Shown: positions 38,610 to 47,887 of the stretch, piece after piece
Layout of the letters: the number at the start of each line of letters is the position of its first letter
Numbering within the stretch: position 1 is the first letter of the stretch
Assembly: GCA_041907825.1 (NCBI GenBank)
Contig: JAYRGN010000004.1
Coordinates: 36,814-100,813, forward strand
DNA from: Bacteroidales bacterium
GTDB lineage: Bacteria; Bacteroidota; Bacteroidia; Bacteroidales; JAYRGN01
Length of the DNA: 64,000 bases
Direction of reading: 5' to 3'
Notes under the pieces: generated by a model
Seen by the model: only the letters and a program-made list of their open reading frames with translations
Told to the model about the DNA's origin: nothing
Database searches by the model: none
Made by a program: the position numbers and the translations under genes

Positions 38610-39245
38610 ATGGGGGTTATTTTACATAAAAATATTGACGAAGGAGACTGTGTTTTAGGCATGTGGGAAATTACCGAGGATTATGATACCCTCATGCAAA
38701 TGGTAGATCTTACCGAAAGTGAATTATGTCGCGTAAACAGTTTTCGTAGTCATACCCGCAAACTCGAGTGGCTTAGCGTTCGTGCACTGGTCGTTTCTAT
38801 TTTAGGACCCGGAATGCGAATTGTTTATAACGAAAAGCGAAAACCTTTTTTGAACGATAATTCTTACAATATAAGTATCTCTCATTCAAAAAAATACACA
38901 TCCATCTTTTTAAGTAAAAAGAAAAGAGTAGGAATTGACCTTGAGTTTATGTCTCACGATATTGAAAAGGTTTCTCGTTATTTTATCAATGAAAATGAGG
39001 TAATTACCAATAATACATCATTACGTCCGCTGCACATATACATACATTGGTGTGCCAAAGAGGCACTTTATAAAATATGTGATAAACAGGATATTCATTT
39101 TCGCAAAAACCTCACACTCTCGTCTTTTGAACCTTTAGATGAAGGTCAGTTTCGCGGAACTGTTCACAATATGTATGGTATAGAACATTTTGATATGAAC
39201 TTTACTATAATGAACAATTATGTAATTGTGTGGTGCACCAAGTAA
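38610..39245 (+). CDS. 4'-phosphopantetheinyl transferase, Sfp-type
   Basis: 211 aa containing ISISHSKKY, GIDLEFM and HWCAKEALYK (W-x-x-KEA-x-x-K). Confidence 0.8.
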   Translation: MGVILHKNIDEGDCVLGMWEITEDYDTLMQMVDLTESELCRVNSFRSHTRKLEWLSVRALVVSILGPGMRIVYNEKRKPFLNDNSYNISISHSKKYTSIFLSKKKRVGIDLEFMSHDIEKVSRYFINENEVITNNTSLRPLHIYIHWCAKEALYKICDKQDIHFRKNLTLSSFEPLDEGQFRGTVHNMYGIEHFDMNFTIMNNYVIVWCTK

Positions 39246-39964
39246 ATCTTTATCAGCAAATTGTCTCGGGTAAAAATCAGCTTGCTGTATTGATAGATCC
39301 GGGAAAAGTTTCGGATATACAACTCGAAGCAATTATTCGTAATGCAACTATCTGTAAGGCAGATTATTTTTTTGTTGGCGGAAGTCTGGTCAGCGATTCA
39401 CTTGAGAGCACTATTTCCGCTATTCGTCGATTAAGTAAAATTCCAATTATTCTGTTTCCCGGCAGTGTTTTACAAATCAGCACAATGGCTGATGGTATTC
39501 TATTCCTATCCTTAATTTCGGGGCGTAACCCAGAATTGCTTATCGGCAACCATGTTACAGCAGCCTCCATGCTTCGAAAATCCGAACTTGAAATTATACC
39601 TACCGGATACATACTTATTGGTAACGGTAGTATTACTTCGGTAGAATATATGAGCAATACGCGACCCATACCATCGAATAAACCAGAAATTGCTGTAGCA
39701 ACAGCGCTGGCTGGCGAGATGCTTGGATTGAAGTTAATTTATCTGGAAGCCGGCTCGGGAGCTGATTGTAAATTGCAGCAACAAGTTGTTAGTGAGGTGA
39801 AAAAAAATATTACAGTACCTCTGATAATTGGAGGAGGAATCCGGAATCGTAAAGATTTGCTTGAAGTTTATAAATCCGGAGCCGATGTGGCAGTTGTGGG
39901 AACAGCTGCAGAATGCGACCCCGGAATTTTGCTAGATTTTGCTGATCGTGAATTAAAGGCCTAA
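39230..39964 (+). CDS. Geranylgeranylglyceryl / heptaprenylglyceryl phosphate synthase family (PcrB/GGGPS TIM barrel)
   Basis: 244 aa containing ADYFFVGGS, IYLEAGSGA, PLIIGGGIRN and VAVVGTA. The listed start is GTG and overlaps the PPTase gene by 16 nt. Confidence 0.8.
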   Translation: MVHQVNLYQQIVSGKNQLAVLIDPGKVSDIQLEAIIRNATICKADYFFVGGSLVSDSLESTISAIRRLSKIPIILFPGSVLQISTMADGILFLSLISGRNPELLIGNHVTAASMLRKSELEIIPTGYILIGNGSITSVEYMSNTRPIPSNKPEIAVATALAGEMLGLKLIYLEAGSGADCKLQQQVVSEVKKNITVPLIIGGGIRNRKDLLEVYKSGADVAVVGTAAECDPGILLDFADRELKA

Positions 39965-40681
39965 ATCGACACCAATTGTCAATTTAGAGAGTTCCTGATA
40001 CTTAATTCCATTATACTTCTTAAACATATCAGACAATCGGTAGCGGGCATACAAACTCCAATGATTGTGTCCCAGTTTGGCCGACAATCCGTAATCGTAT
40101 TTATTTACGTAATGCAAACCCTTCTCAACCACTTTAGTAACGCGGGCTGACGAACCATCAGGTTTGTCCCATGTTAAATGGCGGGAAGTGAGTACATATC
40201 CAAAATACCCTCCACCTTCGATAAAAGTGCCAAGATAATTTCCACGCCGTTTATCTAAATTTAATCGCAAATGTAAAGCTGTTGTAATGGTATGAACGTC
40301 AATTTTTTCCTCATCATGCTGAAAATTATCAGGTACCATTTTACTCCTTTCCTGTTTGAGATTAAAAACAGGTGTACGATAACCAAGTTCTAAGGTTGAA
40401 GCTAAATAATTATTGAAACGACGTTTCACCCGAAATCCTAGCGCTTTTTCGTTGGTATAAAAAAAGCGAGTGTTAGCTCCCTGATTTGAATTATCGGCCA
40501 TAAAACCCAGTTCCAGAAAAAACTGTCTGTAAATCTTACGGTTCGGCCCTTTTTCGGAAGGTACATATCCCTGTTCTATATTATTTTCATCGATAACAAG
40601 TTCGGTAGAATCGTTAGGAAGTGCATGTAATTTTAGCGGAGCGAGAGCCACTATTGCAAACAGAATTGCTATTTTTCTCAT
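39953..40681 (-). CDS. Hypothetical outer-membrane beta-barrel protein
   Basis: 242 aa with a signal peptide (APLKLHA) and an alternating amphipathic strand pattern. Confidence 0.55.
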   Translation of the reverse strand: MRKIAILFAIVALAPLKLHALPNDSTELVIDENNIEQGYVPSEKGPNRKIYRQFFLELGFMADNSNQGANTRFFYTNEKALGFRVKRRFNNYLASTLELGYRTPVFNLKQERSKMVPDNFQHDEEKIDVHTITTALHLRLNLDKRRGNYLGTFIEGGGYFGYVLTSRHLTWDKPDGSSARVTKVVEKGLHYVNKYDYGLSAKLGHNHWSLYARYRLSDMFKKYNGIKYQELSKLTIGVDLGL

Positions 40682-40729
40682 TACAAATAGTTTAGTATAT
40701 GTTCTGAAGTTTTTTCGTAAAATATATGT

Positions 40730-42322
40730 TTAAAGAGATTGACCGTCAGTTTCGTTTTTACGAATAGCACTGACATTCAATTCGGAAGTATAACCGTTAT
40801 ACCAGGCACTTATTACACTACTTCCTTCAAATTCGGAAGCTTCAAACTGATAAAGATTAGCATCATTCATGCGAACCACCGAATAATGTGTAATAACTCC
40901 TTTTTCATTTCGAAAATGAAAATATAACATTCCCTTACCCGGACCTTCATAACCTTCATGTGAGAAAATTACCAGATTTACAGTATCATTAGCCACTGTA
41001 AATTTAAAAGTTGGCTGAGATTTATAATTTTCATTCAATATTTTGGAAGCTTGGGGAAGTCCGTAACCATGTGAATAATCAAAATATGGATAAAGATGCC
41101 CCGCCGATTCAACCAAATGCAACAGTTTCATCGGATCTTTTATTTTAGTAGCCTGAAGTACGCAGGCTGCAAACCCTGTAATTAAGGGTGTTGAAAAAGA
41201 TGTTCCATACGAAACAGTAAGTTTTTTAGGCGAAGCCACCACTACTTTTGCAAAAGCAGAAACGTTAGGTTTGCGACGAAAATCTGAGGTTGGGCCGTAC
41301 GAGCTGAAGTCGATACGCAAAAAATTTTCAGGATCTAACCCTCCTATCGATAAAATACTATCAGCATCAGCAGGAGTACTAAGGTATTTCCATGAATTAT
41401 CACCATCATTACCCATGGCATTAACCACCAGCATTCCTTTAGCTGCGGCAATATTGGCTGCACGAGCAACAAGACTAGTTTTACCATCCATCTGCTCTGG
41501 AAAATATCGTTGGTAAGTATATCCCAAAGAACTACTTATAATATCGGCACCGTGTTTATGAGCCCATTCAACAGCAGCAAGCCAATTTTCTTCTTCCGAA
41601 AAAGGCTCCGACTCCTGTTCTGTACGTGCCAATAAAAATTCGGCACCTGTAGCCATACCCATTGGTTTACCGTTGGCCAAACCGGCAATACAGGATAAAA
41701 CCATGGTTCCGTGTTCGTTATGAGAATAGACATCGGGCTTGTTGCGAACAAAATCCCAAGTATCAATAATGCGACCGCTACTGCGCAGATGCTCAAATAT
41801 AGGACTGGTATTAACACCTGGAAATCCGGCATCGAAGATTGCAATACGAACACCATGCCCGTCGTAGCCACGAAGCGCAAAACTATCACGCTGCATGCTT
41901 TGAGTCTGTTCTTTGAGTAATTCAGAATCTTCGTCGTCCAAATCGGTTTCGTAATTTGCAGACATTGTTTTAGCCGTTAGCATTACTGGCTGAATATCAG
42001 AAACAAACGGAAGTTTTTCAATCTGCTTCAGTTTAGAATCAGAAGTTTCCACCGTTATCGCATTAAGCCATCGACTAGCATACCCCACCTTAGACGCAAA
42101 ACCTTTAATTTGCGCAATGTATTGTTCGCTTACCGGAAAATCAGAACTATCGGACAATAATGACAATGAAGCATTACGCTGCAAAGTCCGCGAGTCGAAA
42201 TAAACGGAAGGGTTAAATGTTGTTCCCTTTTTATCTTTAAAAAACACCCAATAGCGACTGTTTGCAAAACTAACAGAACTATAAGCAGATATAAAAAGAA
42301 CGAGAAATAAATACTTTCTCAT
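40730..42322 (-). CDS. S8 family (subtilisin-like) serine peptidase, secreted
   Basis: 530 aa with a signal peptide. The catalytic triad contexts are VRIAIFDAGF (Asp), NEHGTMVLS (His) and YGTSFSTP (Ser). Confidence 0.88.
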   Translation of the reverse strand: MRKYLFLVLFISAYSSVSFANSRYWVFFKDKKGTTFNPSVYFDSRTLQRNASLSLLSDSSDFPVSEQYIAQIKGFASKVGYASRWLNAITVETSDSKLKQIEKLPFVSDIQPVMLTAKTMSANYETDLDDEDSELLKEQTQSMQRDSFALRGYDGHGVRIAIFDAGFPGVNTSPIFEHLRSSGRIIDTWDFVRNKPDVYSHNEHGTMVLSCIAGLANGKPMGMATGAEFLLARTEQESEPFSEEENWLAAVEWAHKHGADIISSSLGYTYQRYFPEQMDGKTSLVARAANIAAAKGMLVVNAMGNDGDNSWKYLSTPADADSILSIGGLDPENFLRIDFSSYGPTSDFRRKPNVSAFAKVVVASPKKLTVSYGTSFSTPLITGFAACVLQATKIKDPMKLLHLVESAGHLYPYFDYSHGYGLPQASKILNENYKSQPTFKFTVANDTVNLVIFSHEGYEGPGKGMLYFHFRNEKGVITHYSVVRMNDANLYQFEASEFEGSSVISAWYNGYTSELNVSAIRKNETDGQSL

Positions 42323-42730
42323 ACAAAAAATGAAATATTAATTTTTAAGGCCGTAAAAATACACGATTGTAAATTGAAATGTTATAAAATCTAAAAAATA
42401 TACTGGTTTTTGTATTACTTTTTGCATAAAAAGGACTCTTCGTTAACTGTAATTTAACACATCTTAATTTGGATCAATGTATGCAAAGGTTCGACATGTT
42501 CTCACTGCAACCTCGGCAATTTGTTTTTTATTGCTTTTTGTTACCTGTGGCAAAGATATTATAACAGATAAACTGACTAATATCAGACTCTCTCAAAAAT
42601 TTCAACTTTTAAAGATTCGCTAATACTGAGTTTGCACTGAGATAACCTTGCCCAACTACATTTGCTTTACAGAACCATCGAAGTGATTTCGCTGTGACCA
42701 GCAATTTAGCAGGTAATTTTGGTAGTAAGT

Positions 42731-42760
42731 AAAGAGCTCGCAGTTGCGGGCTCTTTTTGT
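42731..42760 (+). terminator. Terminator-like hairpin plus T-run with no annotated upstream gene
   Basis: agagctcgc-agtt-gcgggctct (one mismatch) followed by ttttgttttttt. Confidence 0.45.
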
Positions 42761-42785
42761 TTTTTTGAAGCTGTTGAAAATCGGT

Positions 42786-42793
42786 TACTTTTG
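42786..42793 (+). promoter_or_regulatory. Candidate -7 box TACTTTTG for the ECF sigma gene
   Basis: Matches TAnnTTTG, 28 bp upstream of the ATG at 42821. Confidence 0.45.
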
Positions 42794-42820
42794 CTTTATC
42801 AATAATTCTTGGTGAGAAGA

Positions 42821-43369
42821 ATGGGGCGTACGGATGACAGAGATTTATTGGAAATGTTGAAAATCGAAAAATCAAGAGATTATGCATTTAATCTTTTGGT
42901 TAACCGTTACCAGCAACGCCTGTATATGCATGTCCGAAAAATGGTTATACGCCACGAAGATGCCGATGACATTGTCCAGAATACTTTTATAAAGGCGTGG
43001 AATGCCGTAGAAACTTTCAGAGGAGAATCATCATTATTTACTTGGTTATACCGCATTGCAACCAACGAAAGTATTACGTTTCTGAAACAACAAAAAACGA
43101 AATACTTGTTTTCGTTGTCAAGTTATGAGTCCGTTTTGGCCAATACACTGAAAAGTGATACTAATTTTGACGGCGATGAAGCAAGCCTTAAACTACAAAC
43201 AGCAATACTGAAATTGCCCGAAAAACAACGTCTGGTTTTTAATATGAAATATTTTGACGACCTGAGTTATGAAGAAATGTCAGAAATACTGAATACATCA
43301 GAAGGAGCACTAAAAGCATCATTTCATCATGCAGTAAAAAAAATAGAAAAAGAACTTGGAGATAATTAA
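42821..43369 (+). CDS. RNA polymerase sigma-70 factor, ECF subfamily
   Basis: Region 2 is present (DADDIVQNTFIKAWNAVETFRGESSLFTWLYRIATNESI), as is region 4 (LPEKQRLVFNMKYFDDLSYEEMSEILNTSEGALKASFHHAVKKI). The start was moved to the first ATG; the track start at 42809 is a TTG. Confidence 0.85.
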   Translation: MGRTDDRDLLEMLKIEKSRDYAFNLLVNRYQQRLYMHVRKMVIRHEDADDIVQNTFIKAWNAVETFRGESSLFTWLYRIATNESITFLKQQKTKYLFSLSSYESVLANTLKSDTNFDGDEASLKLQTAILKLPEKQRLVFNMKYFDDLSYEEMSEILNTSEGALKASFHHAVKKIEKELGDN

Positions 43370-43413
43370 ACCTTTAGCCTTTTTTTTCGTCCAAACAATA
43401 AAGCCAAATAAAA

Positions 43414-43857
43414 ATGAATAACCGTAACGAAATAATGCAACCTCCATGGAACAAAAAAATTCCGTATAAGGTTCCCGAAAGTTATTTCGACGAGCTTCCG
43501 GGAAAAATACAGCAGCGCATTCGCGAACAAAAAAGCGAATCGCAAACCCGTATACTATGGCCCGTACTGAAACCCTACTTAACCATGGCAGCTATGCTGT
43601 TACTAATTGCAGGCGGTACGTGGATGTCCGTTCGTTATTTTTCTGCCCGCCAGCAACAAAGTTTTGCCACTACTGGTGAAACCGAAGCTGACAAAAATAT
43701 GACTATAGCTGCAGCAATATATTTTGATGAAAATCAGCTTGCTGAAGCATACATAGAAACAAAAAATATAAAAAAAACAGAGAAAAACACCTCGGCTGAG
43801 CAGATTGTGATAAGTGAAGATGTAAATTTGAACGATATAGTTGAGGCTCTTAACTAA
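43414..43857 (+). CDS. Single-pass membrane protein, putative anti-sigma factor
   Basis: 147 aa with one TM helix (YLTMAAMLLLIAGGTWMSV). It lies immediately downstream of the ECF sigma gene. Confidence 0.5.
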   Translation: MNNRNEIMQPPWNKKIPYKVPESYFDELPGKIQQRIREQKSESQTRILWPVLKPYLTMAAMLLLIAGGTWMSVRYFSARQQQSFATTGETEADKNMTIAAAIYFDENQLAEAYIETKNIKKTEKNTSAEQIVISEDVNLNDIVEALN

Positions 43858-43864
43858 AGATACC

Positions 43865-44314
43865 ATGAATATCCGGAACCTTTTTATCGTACTTGCAAGT
43901 TTTGTTCTCCTTTTACCTTTAAGAGCACAAGAGGACGAGCGAATGGAGCATTTTCGTTCACAACGTGTGTCATTTCTTACTGAATACATGAAACTTACAC
44001 CAGCCGAAGCTCAACGTTTCTGGCCTGTATACAATGAATTTGCGGCAAAACGCGAGGCCATTAACCGCGATAAAGTAAAGCTTAATCGCAAAGTAGCCCA
44101 ATCGGCTACAAATCTGAGTGATAAAGAATCAGCCGAACTTGCAGCCCAATTTCTTCAGTTAGATAGGCAGGATTTACAATTGCGCGAAGCATACCACCGC
44201 CGCTTTATGGCTGTTATTCCGGCCCGCAAAGTAATGTTGCTCTATCAGGGCGAAACTCAGTTTAAAGCATATCTGCTCAAACAAATACGGACTAACTCCG
44301 ATAAAAAAAGATAG
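43865..44314 (+). CDS. Periplasmic helical protein, Spy/CpxP-like (LTPxQ-type motif)
   Basis: Signal peptide MNIRNLFIVLASFVLLLPLRAQ and the motif LTPAEAQRFWPVYNEF. It is the third gene of the sigma / anti-sigma trio. Confidence 0.55.
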   Translation: MNIRNLFIVLASFVLLLPLRAQEDERMEHFRSQRVSFLTEYMKLTPAEAQRFWPVYNEFAAKREAINRDKVKLNRKVAQSATNLSDKESAELAAQFLQLDRQDLQLREAYHRRFMAVIPARKVMLLYQGETQFKAYLLKQIRTNSDKKR

Positions 44315-44334
44315 CAATATAACTTCGATAAAAT

Positions 44335-44371
44335 GCAAAAAGCCGGAATCTTTTAATTTCCGGCTTTTTGC
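44335..44371 (+). terminator. Intrinsic terminator
   Basis: gcaaaaagccggaa (44335-44348) pairs with ttccggctttttgc (44358-44371). Confidence 0.75.
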
Positions 44372-44435
44372 ATTAAGCACAGCTCAAAAAATTACTAACT
44401 TGTAAGCATGTAATATTCTGATTAATTGCCCAATT

Positions 44436-45017
44436 ATGATCTTTCCGGTTATCTCATACGGACACAGTGTTCTGCGCCAGCAATGCGGTGAAATTAATAA
44501 TGACTATCCTCATCTACAAAAAGTTATAAGTAATATGTGGGAAACATTGTACTCCGCCAATGGAGTCGGCCTAGCTGCCCCGCAAGTAAATTTGCCTGTA
44601 AAACTATTTGTGGTTGATACAAAACAAGTATATGAAAACTACAACGAAGACGAACGCCTTGAATTTTTTGAGGGAGACGATGGCATTGTCGAAACCTTTA
44701 TTAATGCCCGCATCATACAATCGTCGGGCGATAACTGGACAATGGAAGAAGGCTGCCTCAGTTTACCCGGACTAAGCAACGATGTTGAGCGCCCCTGGAC
44801 TATAACCATCGAGTATCACACTCCTGCTTTCGAACTTTTACATAAAACATTTTCAGGTTACACTGCTCGTGTTATACAACATGAATACGATCATACTCAA
44901 GGTGTTATTTTTATTGATCATTTAAAACCTATCATTCGTACTTTGCTCAAAAGTAAACTCTTTCGTATCTCCAAAGGAAAAGTGCACGTCAAATACAAAA
45001 TGCGATTTTTAGAATAA
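44436..45017 (+). CDS. def: Peptide deformylase
   Basis: Contains GVGLAAPQV, EGCLSLPG and QHEYDH. Confidence 0.92.
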   Translation: MIFPVISYGHSVLRQQCGEINNDYPHLQKVISNMWETLYSANGVGLAAPQVNLPVKLFVVDTKQVYENYNEDERLEFFEGDDGIVETFINARIIQSSGDNWTMEEGCLSLPGLSNDVERPWTITIEYHTPAFELLHKTFSGYTARVIQHEYDHTQGVIFIDHLKPIIRTLLKSKLFRISKGKVHVKYKMRFLE

Positions 45018-45088
45018 ATGTATATAATACTTTATATATTAGAATATCAGCAGTTGCAAATCAAACAAAGTAAGAAAACAAGAGAACC

Positions 45089-46096
45089 ATGATAAATTCA
45101 TACACTGAAAATCCAAAATTAAAAACTATTCTAAGCAAAGACCAATGGAAAGGAACACCGCTCGATGAGCATGGTCGATACATTAATCTCTGGCACCCGT
45201 TAGAGCTTACAATTAAAATGGTTATCAAATGGAAACTAAGCCGGAATCCCTATGCCGCCGAAAAACGAGAAGAAAAAAAACATTATAATCCAACTATTAT
45301 AAAAGACAACTCCTGGCTGACCAGTACTGATGATTGTTTTGTATGGCTCGGCCACGCCAGCTTTTTTATGCGTATTAATGGTTACACACTTCTTACCGAT
45401 CCTGTTTTAGGAAGGCTATTTTCTAACTGCCGATATACAGAATTGCCTGTCGATAAAAACCAGCTAAAAGGTATCGACTATATTCTTCTTTCTCACGATC
45501 ATACCGACCATATTGACAAAAGCAGTTTGAGACATCTTGCACAATTTAATCCTGAAACACAATACCTTACCGGCCTAAGCAACGACAAACTGATACAAGA
45601 ATGTACCAATTCTCAAAACATTCAGGCCGCTGGCTGGTATCAGCAATTTAACACTCCGACAGATATCGAAATTTATTATATGCCTACCAGACATTGGTGT
45701 AAACGTAGCCTTTGCGATACGAATAAACGTCTGTGGGGCGCGTTCGTTATCAAAACCAATGATAAAATTATTTACTTCGGCGGCGATAGTGCTTATGATC
45801 AACATTATACCGATGCTCAAAAAATATTTGGTCATTTTGATTACTGCATTCTTGGTATAGGTGCTTATATGCCTCGCTGGATGATGGAGGGCAATCACAA
45901 CTCACCTGACGATGCATTGCAAGCCTTTTTTGATTTAAACGGAACAACGATGATTCCCATGCATTACGGCACCTTCGACCTCTCAGACGAACCCCTCAGT
46001 AATCCAATAAAAGTTTTATTAGAATCAGCTCATAATAAAGGAGTTGAATCAAAAATTAAGAATTTAGCATGGGGCGAATGCTTATCAATTTCGTAA
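45089..46096 (+). CDS. MBL-fold metallo-hydrolase (NAPE-PLD-like)
   Basis: 335 aa containing ILLSHDHTDH (HxHxDH) and the downstream motifs GGDSAY and PMHYGTF. Confidence 0.8.
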   Translation: MINSYTENPKLKTILSKDQWKGTPLDEHGRYINLWHPLELTIKMVIKWKLSRNPYAAEKREEKKHYNPTIIKDNSWLTSTDDCFVWLGHASFFMRINGYTLLTDPVLGRLFSNCRYTELPVDKNQLKGIDYILLSHDHTDHIDKSSLRHLAQFNPETQYLTGLSNDKLIQECTNSQNIQAAGWYQQFNTPTDIEIYYMPTRHWCKRSLCDTNKRLWGAFVIKTNDKIIYFGGDSAYDQHYTDAQKIFGHFDYCILGIGAYMPRWMMEGNHNSPDDALQAFFDLNGTTMIPMHYGTFDLSDEPLSNPIKVLLESAHNKGVESKIKNLAWGECLSIS

Positions 46097-46230
46097 CGAA
46101 TAGCTATTAAATAAAGAGGTATACCTTCTGTTTTTTTACAACTAATTAATTATGAATATTTTTCGAACAAATACATAATTATATATCTCACATTTCTTAT
46201 CTTTGCACACCTAAAAAATAAAAAAGCATT

Positions 46231-46464
46231 ATGTATAAAACAGTTACGATTCGTAGCCGTTCCTCTTATTGGACCAACCGAGAACAACATGAAGAGTTAG
46301 AGGTTGATGCTATCGATTTAGCCAAAGAAATAGAAGATAAAACTAATGAATTAGAATCCGAAGGGTGGGATGTTATATCTATTATTCCAATCACTTCAGG
46401 AAATGTATCGGGAGGAAGTGGGTATTACTATACGGAAAGTGTTATTATAACTGCCAGAAAATAA
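46231..46464 (+). CDS. Small hypothetical protein (possibly DUF4177-like)
   Basis: 77 aa containing ELESEGWDVISIIP, which is reminiscent of DUF4177. A strong terminator follows. The family call is weak. Confidence 0.5.
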   Translation: MYKTVTIRSRSSYWTNREQHEELEVDAIDLAKEIEDKTNELESEGWDVISIIPITSGNVSGGSGYYYTESVIITARK

Positions 46465-46466
46465 TA

Positions 46467-46505
46467 AAAGCAAGAAGAGGAGACTAGCTCTCCTCTTCTT
46501 GCTTT
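46467..46505. terminator. Bidirectional hairpin terminator, 17-bp stem
   Basis: aaagcaagaagaggaga (46467-46483) pairs with tctcctcttcttgcttt (46489-46505). Confidence 0.75.
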
Positions 46506-47008
46506 TATTCGTAATCTTTTAGCGATTCCATCAATTTTTTTCGTGAAAAAAAGATACGACTTTTTACCGTACCTATATTAAGGTTAAGCTCATCGGCAAT
46601 CTCTTTGTACTTAAAGCCTGCATGATGTAGTTTAAATGGAATGCGAAATTCGTCGGACAACATCTCTACCTCTTTTGTAATTTCGTTATGCGAATAAGCA
46701 GAATTAGGATCGTCCGCTCCGGTCGAAACGTACTGATTAAGATAAAACATTTCGCGAGTATTGTCTTTATTGGCATTTTGCCTTACAGTACGTCTATAAT
46801 TATTGATGAAAGTATTTTTCATAATCGTAAACGTCCATGCCTTTAGATTATCGTAATAAACAAATTTATCTTGATAAATTAATGCTTTCAAAAAAGTATC
46901 CTGAATCAGATCCTTCACTTCTTCCTTGTCTGAAGTAAGACTGCTGGCAAAGCGTTTCAAACTTTCTTCAAGTTTTAACAGATTATGTTGATATTCGTAT
47001 GTCGTCAT
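46505..47008 (-). CDS. RNA polymerase sigma-70 factor, ECF-type, with no adjacent anti-sigma gene
   Basis: 167 aa. Region 2 is VKDLIQDTFLKALIYQDKFVYYDNLKAWTFTIMKNTFINNYRR. Region 4 is FKLHHAGFKYKEIADELNLNIGTVKSRIFFSRKKL. Confidence 0.85.
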   Translation of the reverse strand: MTTYEYQHNLLKLEESLKRFASSLTSDKEEVKDLIQDTFLKALIYQDKFVYYDNLKAWTFTIMKNTFINNYRRTVRQNANKDNTREMFYLNQYVSTGADDPNSAYSHNEITKEVEMLSDEFRIPFKLHHAGFKYKEIADELNLNIGTVKSRIFFSRKKLMESLKDYE

Positions 47009-47092
47009 TTTTTTCAGTTTTTTATGGTCTTACTCAAATTTACTGAAATGAATACGAATATTTACAATATAACTACCTAAATAATAAGTAAT

Positions 47093-47125
47093 AAAGGCAT
47101 CAAAATGCAAAATTTTGATGCCTTT
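47093..47125. terminator. 14-bp-stem hairpin between the O-methyltransferase and sigma genes
   Basis: aaaggcatcaaaat (47093-47106) pairs with attttgatgccttt (47112-47125). The T-run is on the plus side. Confidence 0.5.
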
Positions 47126-47221
47126 ATTTTTTTTATTTAAAAGAAAAAAACGTAACTTAAATAGAAAACGTCTTTTTATGAAAAATATGTTTTTTGTGTT
47201 TTTCCACTAACACTCCGCTCT

Positions 47222-47887
47222 TCATTTTTTGCGAACGCACATGAGTCCATCTCTCAATGGTAAAATGAAATTTTCGGATAACGGATCGTTAGTCACCATC
47301 TGGTTAAATTTCTCAACAGCAATGGTAGATTTATCGTTGTTATTTTCAAGATCAAAAATCTTACCACTCCATAATACATTATCAGCAAGTAAAATTCCTC
47401 CTGATCTGAGTAATTTCATACACATTTTATAATAAGCCGGATATTCCTTCTTATCGCCATCCATAAAAATCAGGTCAAAGGTTTCGTTAAGAGTAGGCGC
47501 AAGTTTCAGTGCATCACCAATATGCATTCTTATCTTATTGTCCAGTTTCGCTTTTGCAAAAAATTCACGAGCAATACTTTCTAACTCATCATTAACCTCA
47601 AAAGTATGTAGCACCCCGTTTTCAGGCATAGCTAAAGCCATGCAGATAGCAGAATAGCCAGTAAACGTCCCGATTTCAAGTATTCGCGATGAATTAGTTA
47701 TCTGTACAATAAAACGTAGAAAATTACCCTGAATATGACCTGATAACATACGTGGATTAACCGTCCGCAGATGCGTCGCCCTATATAGTTCGTACAATAC
47801 AGGTAATTCGGGAGTTGCATGAGCCGAAAGATACTCATCGAGTTCATTTACCGAACAATTAACATAAGAAGGTGTAATTTCAGGCAT
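47222..47887 (-). CDS. Class I SAM-dependent O-methyltransferase (caffeoyl-CoA OMT-like)
   Basis: Contains RILEIGTFTGYSAICMA, FDLIFMDGDKKEY and GGILLADNVLW. The start was trimmed to MPEITPSY, which gives an 8-nt overlap with the upstream M16 gene. Confidence 0.85.
   Translation of the reverse strand: MPEITPSYVNCSVNELDEYLSAHATPELPVLYELYRATHLRTVNPRMLSGHIQGNFLRFIVQITNSSRILEIGTFTGYSAICMALAMPENGVLHTFEVNDELESIAREFFAKAKLDNKIRMHIGDALKLAPTLNETFDLIFMDGDKKEYPAYYKMCMKLLRSGGILLADNVLWSGKIFDLENNNDKSTIAVEKFNQMVTNDPLSENFILPLRDGLMCVRKK

Noticed and set aside
42609-42887. Minus-strand 92-aa ORF
   Set aside because: It overlaps the start and promoter of the ECF sigma gene and the plus-strand terminator hairpin. 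It has no motifs.
47093-47125. Plus-oriented terminator (T-run on the plus side) as evidence for an unannotated plus-strand transcript antisense to the sigma-factor promoter
   Set aside because: The hairpin is a perfect palindrome. It most simply terminates the minus-strand M16/O-methyltransferase operon that ends about 100 bp away. There is no plus-strand promoter or ORF to support a separate transcript.
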